A stretch of 13,148 nucleotides of DNA from an uncultured Thermococci archaeon (GTDB taxonomy: Archaea > Methanobacteriota_B > Thermococci > Thermococcales > Thermococcaceae). The stretch's first letter is position 1, and each line of letters opens with the position of its first letter. The notes beneath the pieces were generated by a model. It made no database searches. It was not told the DNA's origin and was given only the letters and a program-made list of their open reading frames with translations. Both the position numbers and the translations under genes were made by a program. The stretch is taken from NCBI GenBank assembly GCA_964487115.1, contig CAZAPD010000024.1, forward strand, positions 1 to 13,148. The letters are read 5' to 3'. Shown here one piece after another: positions 7,550 through 13,148 of the stretch.

Positions 7550-8323
7550 ATGATCCGGAATATGAACAGCTATCCACTTTATGATGATGGAAAACACAAA
7601 GTATTTTGGCTGGGTATAGAGGAGGCTGAGGATGAGAAAGGAATCCTCACAAATCAGTATCTAATTGTGGACCAAAATGAGGCTGCATTGATAGAACCGG
7701 GAGGGTTTTTTGTTTTTAACAGAGTCCTCAGGAACGTCTCTTCAATAGTTCGGCTTACTCAGATTAAATATCTCTTCTATTCCCATCAGGATCCCGATGT
7801 CATAGCAGGGTTAAATCTCTGGTTTGAGTATGCACCTCTTGCGAAAGTTGTAATATCAAACCTCTGGGTTCGTTTTCTTCCCCATTTGGCCGTCTTAAGT
7901 GCAGGTAGGACTGTTGGAATTCCAGACGAGGGCGCAGAATTTAAACTTGGAGATTCAATGATTAAAGCTATTCCGGCCCATTATCTACACAGCCCTGGAA
8001 ATTTCGCTTTTTATGATGAAAAAAGTAAAATATTGTTCAGCACGGATATAGGCGCCGCGGCTTTTCCAGAGGGGGAATGGTATCTCTTTGTTGAGGATTT
8101 TGATAAACATATCAAACTAATGGAAGGATTCCATAAAAGGTATATGGGTTCAACAGAGGCACTGAGGTCATGGGTTAAATATGTTAAAGCTTTAAATCCC
8201 GAAATGATAGCCCCCCAACATGGAGCTATATTCCGCGATGAAAATGTTGATAAGTTTCTTAACTGGCTGAGCGGCTTGGAAGTGGGTATAGACGTTTTTA
8301 AAAAGGAGTTTTATGGGGATTGA
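7550..8323 (+). CDS. Stand-alone metallo-beta-lactamase-fold di-iron protein (ODP / flavodiiron N-terminal-like, no flavodoxin domain)
   Basis: Motifs NQYLI, SHQDPD, AHYLHSPGNF, LFSTDIG and MIAPQHG. At 257 aa there is no room for a flavodoxin domain. Confidence 0.88.
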   Translation: MIRNMNSYPLYDDGKHKVFWLGIEEAEDEKGILTNQYLIVDQNEAALIEPGGFFVFNRVLRNVSSIVRLTQIKYLFYSHQDPDVIAGLNLWFEYAPLAKVVISNLWVRFLPHLAVLSAGRTVGIPDEGAEFKLGDSMIKAIPAHYLHSPGNFAFYDEKSKILFSTDIGAAAFPEGEWYLFVEDFDKHIKLMEGFHKRYMGSTEALRSWVKYVKALNPEMIAPQHGAIFRDENVDKFLNWLSGLEVGIDVFKKEFYGD

Positions 8324-8994
8324 ACTCTCTCCCCTTGGATCTTTTTTATTAAATTCAAGAGTTCCCATAGGTTCTCTACATAGTAATCAGCACCGTCAAT
8401 CTTTCCAAATCGCAGTATTTGAACTACCTCCACTCCAGCCCTGTGGCCTGCCATGATATCAAGTGCACTATCGCCCACCACAAGAGTTTCCTCTGGTTCA
8501 AGACGCAAATACCTCAAGGCCTTTTGAATTAAGTGAGGGTTGGGTTTCACTCCATCGAGATATCCATAATCCTTGCCAAACACTACATCAAAGTACTTCC
8601 TCAAATCAAAAAGCTTCAGTACGAATTCTGTGCACTCCTGAGAGGCGTTGCTTACAGCTGCGAGCTTCAAACCGAGATCTTTTATATCCTCCAAAACATG
8701 CACGTCTGGGAATGCCTTGATTTTGCTCTGTTTGGATAGTTCTTTACGGTACTTCAAGCTTAAATTATCCACCAGCTTCCAGAACTTAACATGGTCAATT
8801 CCGTATCCCTCCACATAGCTCCTCGGTAGTTCTCCCTTCGTCATCTTTCTATAGATAGAATAATCGAGCTCTATTCCCTGCTCTAATAATGCAGGTTCCA
8901 CATAGAGTCTGTACCATTCTTCCTGATTGTAGCCTTCATAATACACGAGAGTTTCATCAACATCAAAGATTATTCCATGGATAATTTTGATCAC
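8311..8994 (-). CDS. HAD-superfamily hydrolase (phosphoglycolate phosphatase-like)
   Basis: HAD motifs FDVDETL, VSN, KPNP and VGDSALD. GTG start. The 3' end overlaps the ODP gene by 13 bp. Confidence 0.92.
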   Translation of the reverse strand: MIKIIHGIIFDVDETLVYYEGYNQEEWYRLYVEPALLEQGIELDYSIYRKMTKGELPRSYVEGYGIDHVKFWKLVDNLSLKYRKELSKQSKIKAFPDVHVLEDIKDLGLKLAAVSNASQECTEFVLKLFDLRKYFDVVFGKDYGYLDGVKPNPHLIQKALRYLRLEPEETLVVGDSALDIMAGHRAGVEVVQILRFGKIDGADYYVENLWELLNLIKKIQGERVQSP

Positions 8995-9050
8995 CGCCTC
9001 AGGATGGGCTGTTCATCACAACTCAGCCGGTTAATCCCTCCTCATTGGCA
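8995..9050 (-). ncRNA. Archaeal box C/D methylation-guide sRNA
   Basis: Minus strand reads UGCCA-AUGAGGA(C, 9045-9039)-GGGAUUAACCGG-CUGA(D', 9026-9023)-GUU-GUGAUGA(C', 9019-9013)-ACAGCCCAUC-CUGA(D, 9002-8999)-GGCG. Canonical spacing with a terminal GCC/GGC stem. Confidence 0.88.
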
Positions 9051-9067
9051 AAGAAATTTAAAGAAAA

Positions 9068-9796
9068 TCAAAAGAGATCTTCCAGCTTGACATCTATCAT
9101 ATCCGGGATGAAGGGGAGAACGTGCCTGGTTGTTTTGGGCGAGTAGACTTCACCACGCTTAATAAGCTCCATAACGTCTTCTTTGCTTGGAGCTTTTCTG
9201 ATGAAGACATAGTCAATTTCACCCTTGTCCATATCCTCCTTAGCATCCTCTTTGAGGCCGTAGTAGATAAGTTCTATCACCTTTTCTTGGTTCATCTTGT
9301 CAAGAACCTTGCTAACTTTCTTCTGTTCGTCAAGAGCTCCCGGGATAGAAAAGCTCTTCTCACCAACAAGAGCGAATGCTATCTCCCCCCGTTCAGCCTT
9401 TTCCTCTGCTTCGGGGTCTTCTATAACTTCAAGTCCTTCCTCCTTTAACCTCTCGATGACACTCTCAAGGTCACCCTTGAAAGCTGGATACCATGTGTAG
9501 ACTTTAACATCATCGCTGAAGTAGTCCAAGAGAACCGAGGGGGCTTTCTTGGCTCCGAGCTTCTGGAGACCAGCCCACCTGTGGTGGCCATCAACTATGA
9601 GATACATGTCTTCTCCCGGTACCTTTGCGAGGAGCATTGGCTTCCAAAAAACACCAGAACCTGTTACGCTCTCAATAAAATCTTCAAGCTCCTTTTGAAC
9701 GAGTTGCTCATGCGGTTTCATTTTGTCAAGCTCAATAAAAACATAATCAACCTTCTTTACCGGAATGTTGTATTTTGGAACCTTTTCAACTCCCAT
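9068..9796 (-). CDS. serK: ADP-dependent L-serine kinase SerK (ParB/Srx-like fold)
   Basis: MGVEKVPKY.IPVKKV.YVFIELDKMKPHEQLVQ.ELEDFIESVTGSG.FWKPMLLAK...LIVDGHHRWAGLQKLGAK closely matches T. kodakarensis SerK (TK0378) as recalled. C-terminal PKTTRH motif. Confidence 0.93.
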   Translation of the reverse strand: MGVEKVPKYNIPVKKVDYVFIELDKMKPHEQLVQKELEDFIESVTGSGVFWKPMLLAKVPGEDMYLIVDGHHRWAGLQKLGAKKAPSVLLDYFSDDVKVYTWYPAFKGDLESVIERLKEEGLEVIEDPEAEEKAERGEIAFALVGEKSFSIPGALDEQKKVSKVLDKMNQEKVIELIYYGLKEDAKEDMDKGEIDYVFIRKAPSKEDVMELIKRGEVYSPKTTRHVLPFIPDMIDVKLEDLF

Positions 9797-9863
9797 AATT
9801 ATGCCTCCTAAATACTATACATACCTTTAAAATGGTGAGGAAGATAAAAATCTTTCCACGAGG

Positions 9864-9883
9864 TCAGGGTAGGCCTACCCTGA
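9864..9883. promoter_or_regulatory. Perfect 20-bp palindrome in the divergent serK/DUF763 intergenic region
   Basis: TCAGGGTAGGCCTACCCTGA is its own reverse complement and lies just upstream of TTTAAA at 9889-9894. Confidence 0.6.
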
Positions 9884-9918
9884 TAACCTTTAAATTCCCT
9901 TTGAATGAATGTTCCCTG

Positions 9919-11067
9919 ATGAGAAGGGGATTTGCAGAGCTCCCTTTACATGGCGGGCATGTACCCAGATGGCTGGCCCAGAGGATGAGAAAGCTCACGG
10001 CATTAGTTCTGAAACTTGCTGTTGATGAATACGGTACTAAAGGCCTCCTTGAACGCCTTTCAGATCCTGTATGGTTTCAAGCCCTCAACAACGTTATTGG
10101 TATGGACTGGGACTCCTCTGGTTCGACCACAGTAACTGCTGGTATGATAAAGGATGTCCTCTGGAAGGAAGAGCTTGGTATTAAGGCTGCTGGAGGCAAG
10201 GGGAAGAAAAGCAGGGCGACACCAGAGGAGTTAAAGACAATAGCAGAGCTCTACGAGCTTAATTTTGAATCCTATGTAAAAACCTCAAGGTTAGTAGCTA
10301 AGGTCGATACAGTTGCTCTTCAAACTGGCTATCAGCTCTATCACCATATGTTTTTCCTCGATGAGGAAGGTAACTGGGCAGTTGTCCAGCAGGGCATGAA
10401 CGAGAGGGAGAGGCTTGCGAGGCGCTTTCACTGGTTTGATTCAGAGACATTTACCCTCGATCCCCACAAGGCCATCTCCGGTCTCAAGAGGGAGTTTGTC
10501 CTGAACACTGTCTCGAAAGAATCGAGGGGGTATCAGAAAACTCTCATTGACATTGTTCAGGAGAAACCAACAAAAATAGAGCGCGAGCTTGAGAGCCTAA
10601 AGGCTCTTGCCAGAGGCTATCGTCCGCTCGTTTATTACAAGCCGAGGGATGTTGATGAGGTTTCTCTCATTAAGAGATATGAAAGCTTTGGAAGGCTTGA
10701 ACTGAACAAGAGAGCTCTTAATCTGGCCAGAGAGCTTTCAGTATCAAATTATGAAGATCTCCTACTTCTGAAAGGTTTAGGGCCAAGTACTCTGAGAGCA
10801 TTATCTCTGGTTTTGGAACTTATTTATGATGTCCATCCTTCTTGGAAAGACCCAGTAACGCATCCACCGGATCCTTTCAAATACGCCTATGCTGTAGGTG
10901 GAAAAGACAGAGTGCCTTTTCCAATAGAAAAAGGAGCATACGACGAGCTGATAAACTTCCTTGAGAAGCTTGTGGAGAAGAATCCTGAGGAAAAAGCTCT
11001 GGTGAAAAACGTGACGAAAATAACAAAGAACTGGACGTTTCCAGAGGAAGAGAAGAGGGCGACTTAA
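9919..11067 (+). CDS. DUF763 family protein (contains HhH-like motif)
   Basis: MRRGFAELPLHGGHVPRWL, GMDWDSSGSTT, AKVDTVALQTGYQLYHH, KGLGPSTLRAL and YAVGGKD are typical of DUF763. Start moved to ATG 9919, about 25 bp after the TATA box (probably leaderless); track start is 9832. Confidence 0.88.
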   Translation: MRRGFAELPLHGGHVPRWLAQRMRKLTALVLKLAVDEYGTKGLLERLSDPVWFQALNNVIGMDWDSSGSTTVTAGMIKDVLWKEELGIKAAGGKGKKSRATPEELKTIAELYELNFESYVKTSRLVAKVDTVALQTGYQLYHHMFFLDEEGNWAVVQQGMNERERLARRFHWFDSETFTLDPHKAISGLKREFVLNTVSKESRGYQKTLIDIVQEKPTKIERELESLKALARGYRPLVYYKPRDVDEVSLIKRYESFGRLELNKRALNLARELSVSNYEDLLLLKGLGPSTLRALSLVLELIYDVHPSWKDPVTHPPDPFKYAYAVGGKDRVPFPIEKGAYDELINFLEKLVEKNPEEKALVKNVTKITKNWTFPEEEKRAT

Positions 11068-11082
11068 AGCGTAACCCTTTTA

Positions 11083-11108
11083 ACTATCGGGGTGATAGTA
11101 TACTATCA
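11083..11108. promoter_or_regulatory. Putative operator: three ACTATC/GATAGT half-sites including a perfect 16-bp palindrome
   Basis: ACTATC-GGGGT-GATAGT-AT-ACTATC. TGATAGTATACTATCA (11093-11108) is a perfect palindrome between the TATA-like TTTTAA and the ATPase start. Confidence 0.6.
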
Positions 11109-11118
11109 GGGGGGTAGT

Positions 11119-12207
11119 TTGTACTTCGATGAGAGACCTAAGAGCAGAAGGGAGGATCTGTACGATAGGAAAAAAGAACTTGAAGAGATTTTAGCTTCAA
11201 TTAAATCGCATAAGCCACTAATACTCCTTAAAGGAATCCGCAGGCTTGGGAAAACCTCTCTCCTGCGGGTCGCCCTCAACGAGGCCAGCATTCCTTACGT
11301 GATAGTCGATCTCCGGGGAGTAAACCCAAACTCAAGACGTGATCTGTACCTCCGCTTTCAGAGTGCTCTCAACGAATATTTCTCAAAAAATACTCCTCTC
11401 TTCACGAAGCTGAAGGACAAGGTAAAGCTCATAGATGGCATTAGAGTTTCTGGAATTGGCATCTCGCTCTCGTGGAAGAATCCGGAGACGTTATACTCGC
11501 TAATCTCCACCCTCGAAAGTGAAGGTTTTGTGATAGCCTTCGATGAAGTCCAAGAAATCCGCGGGCCGGCTGGAAAAGAGCTTGCCTCACTAATAGCCCA
11601 TTTCTACGACTACGGGAAGATCACGTTCATTCTCACAGGGAGCGAGGTTGGGCTTCTCTACGACTTTCTCGGTATTGAAGACTCAGACGCACCCCTTTAT
11701 GGGAGGGTTTTCCACGAGATAGAGCTTTCCAGATTTTCGATGGGGCAAAGCCTCGATTTTCTCAGGAAAGGGTTTGAACAGGCCGGGATGGATGTCCCCG
11801 AAGAAATCTTGGAGCTGGCGGTAGATAAGCTCGATGGAATAGTGGGCTGGCTCGTGAAGTTTGGGGTGGTTACCATTAGAGAAGGTGCTAAAAGAGAAAC
11901 GGTAGAGAAAGTTCTTAAAGAGGCTTCAAAGTTAGCTCTGACAGAGCTTGAGAGGTTCCTTGAGAGGAGACTGCTTGCAAAAAAGCGCTATCTGACGGTT
12001 CTTCATGCCATAGCTTCCGGTAAGAACACTTGGAGTGAGCTGAAGAGAGAGCTTGAAAGGAAAGAAAGGCGTGAAATTGAAGACGCTACCTTAGCCAGGC
12101 TTCTCAAATCCCTGCTGAAGGCGTCATTCATCGAGAAGGTCGTTGATGGGAGGAACGTAACCTACCGGATAGCCGACCCGGTACTGGAGTTTGGGCTGAG
12201 AAAGTGA
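11119..12207 (+). CDS. Archaeal ATPase (ATPase_2 / STAND-like AAA+) with C-terminal winged helix
   Basis: YFDERPK...LYDRKKEL N-terminus, Walker A GIRRLGKTS, Walker B VIAFDEVQ, LTGS, PLYGR, and a C-terminal wHTH ending YRIADPV. Likely TTG start at 11119 (track start 11092). Confidence 0.9.
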   Translation: MYFDERPKSRREDLYDRKKELEEILASIKSHKPLILLKGIRRLGKTSLLRVALNEASIPYVIVDLRGVNPNSRRDLYLRFQSALNEYFSKNTPLFTKLKDKVKLIDGIRVSGIGISLSWKNPETLYSLISTLESEGFVIAFDEVQEIRGPAGKELASLIAHFYDYGKITFILTGSEVGLLYDFLGIEDSDAPLYGRVFHEIELSRFSMGQSLDFLRKGFEQAGMDVPEEILELAVDKLDGIVGWLVKFGVVTIREGAKRETVEKVLKEASKLALTELERFLERRLLAKKRYLTVLHAIASGKNTWSELKRELERKERREIEDATLARLLKSLLKASFIEKVVDGRNVTYRIADPVLEFGLRK

Positions 12208-12393
12208 GGACACAGTTTAGCAGGGTAAGCGGCGGTGATTCTGTTAAGGTAGTTTAAAATCACAATAACCTTTGATGAAACTTTGTAAAGGCAAAGTGTT
12301 TGGAGTGAGACATTAACTTCCCGGACTTTTAGAAAAAACAGGATTGTAGGGCGTAAGGGAGATAATGGAGAGGGATTCCCTTGTCTTTCGTTA

Positions 12394-12440
12394 TGGTGGG
12401 CCCGCGGGGATTCGAACCCCGGACCTTCGCCGTGTGAGGG
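12394..12440 (-). repeat. att core: 3' half of tRNA-Val(CAC), not a complete tRNA gene
   Basis: Minus strand reads CC-CTCACAC-GGCGA-AGGTC-CGGGG-TTCGAAT-CCCCG-CGGGCCC-ACCA: anticodon loop with CAC, T-arm, acceptor 3' strand and CCA. The D-arm and 5' acceptor strand are missing and are replaced by integrase sequence. Confidence 0.9.
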
Positions 12441-13148
12441 TTCCCTAAATGATTGTTGGAGCTACTATAAAGAGCAATTTTCAGAATGGCTCTCTTCAAG
12501 AGTGGCTGAGCGCACAAGGAAAGACTATATCAATGCATTAATTAGGTTTTTCGGCAGGTATAGGGTAGAGGACATTAAGCATTTGAAAGATGCACTCCAA
12601 AAGGAGAACTACAACGAGAAAATAGTTAAAGGTTTGAGGAACTTCGTGAACTTCCTGGTCGAAGAAGAGGTAATCAATGAAGGAGTTGCAATACTCTTTA
12701 AGAGGTCCTTGAAGTTCAAGAGAGGAACACCAAGACAAATTTTCATCACTGATGAAGAGATAAGAGAAGCATATTCTGAGCTAACAGAGCACTATGGAAA
12801 AGAAGCGGAGGTTCTTTTTAAGTTGCTCGTTTTTACAGGCTTAAGACTCAAGCACATCGTTGAAATGCTCAACGACTACGATCCTCAAAATCTCATTGTC
12901 GTGAATGAAAAAGTTGCCCGTTACCCAATGACTGCATACAGTAGAGGAACAAAAAAGGCTTTTTGGGCTTATATGCCCTTGGAGTTTGCTCAAAGCCTTA
13001 GGAGAATGAATATAACTTACTTCCAAGCTCAACCAAGGACAACTCACGAAAGAGTTTCCGCTTCAACAATCAGGAAGTGGTTCTCAAACTTCATGGCTCA
13101 AAACAAAGTTCCGATGGAGGTCATTGACTTCATTCAAGGCCGTGCTCC
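12394..13148 (+). pseudogene. int: C-terminal fragment, int(C), of an SSV1/pT26-2-family tyrosine recombinase split by integration; runs off the window
   Basis: Open frame from 12394: WWARGDSNPGPSPCEGSLNDCWSYYKEQFSEWL...KDYINAL...KGLRNFVNFL...LFKLLVFTGLRLKHIVEML...RGTKKAFWAYMP...ASTIRKWFSNFM...VIDFIQGRA. Catalytic-type motifs TGLR, TK, IRKW and FIQGR. No in-frame start codon upstream of the att core. Not in the supplied ORF track. Confidence 0.9.
12394..13148. mobile_element. Left boundary of an integrated virus/plasmid-like element inserted in tRNA-Val(CAC)
   Basis: A tRNA 3'-half duplicate fused in antisense to int(C) is the established SSV1-type partition signature. The element should continue to the right. 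Confidence 0.85.

Noticed and set aside
7550..8323. Antibiotic beta-lactamase or full FprA flavodiiron oxidase
   Set aside because: The motif is HQDPD rather than HxHxDH, and the flavodoxin domain is absent.
8311..8323. Convergent 13-bp overlap of the ODP and HAD genes as antisense regulation
   Set aside because: Short convergent overlaps are common in compact Thermococcales genomes, and there is no further supporting signal.
9068..9796. ParB partition protein of a mobile element
   Set aside because: The DGHHR ParB-like fold is explained by SerK, a housekeeping kinase lying outside the att boundary.
9832..9918. 29-aa N-terminal extension of DUF763
   Set aside because: It spans the divergent promoter and palindrome. 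The family-typical N-terminus starts at ATG 9919.
12394..12440. Functional tRNA-Val gene
   Set aside because: Only the anticodon loop to CCA is present. The 5' half is replaced by integrase sequence, so this is an att duplicate.
6065..13047. Short ORFs 6065-6247, 6729-6917, 8463-8739, 9122-9811, 11106-11291, 12329-12517, 12538-12738 and 12841-13047
   Set aside because: These are antisense shadows of the real genes or of int(C).

Overview
Chromosomal window from a hyperthermophilic archaeon of the Thermococcales, judged from a SerK-like gene, GGTGA/GAGGTGA ribosome-binding sites, a C/D box sRNA and an SSV1/pT26-2-type integrase. From left to right: the 3' end of an M42 peptidase gene; a low-GC orphan; a nucleotidyltransferase with a small overlapping partner; a vapBC pair; a four-gene minus-strand operon (two Zn-ribbon membrane paralogues, a helical protein and an SPFH/band-7 double-Zn-ribbon protein); a divergent three-gene operon (small Roadblock-like protein, START-like/PATAN-like fusion, stand-alone ODP-type di-iron protein); a HAD phosphatase preceded by a C/D box sRNA; serK; a DUF763 gene; an archaeal STAND-type ATPase; and the boundary of an integrated element, consisting of the 3' half of tRNA-Val(CAC) as att core followed by the C-terminal integrase fragment, which runs off the window. 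The best candidate for an uncharacterised system is the ODP/START-PATAN/Roadblock-like operon (possible O2/redox or lipid sensing), which shares a palindrome-rich divergent promoter with the SPFH envelope-stress-like operon. All family assignments come from motif recognition by eye, not from database searches.
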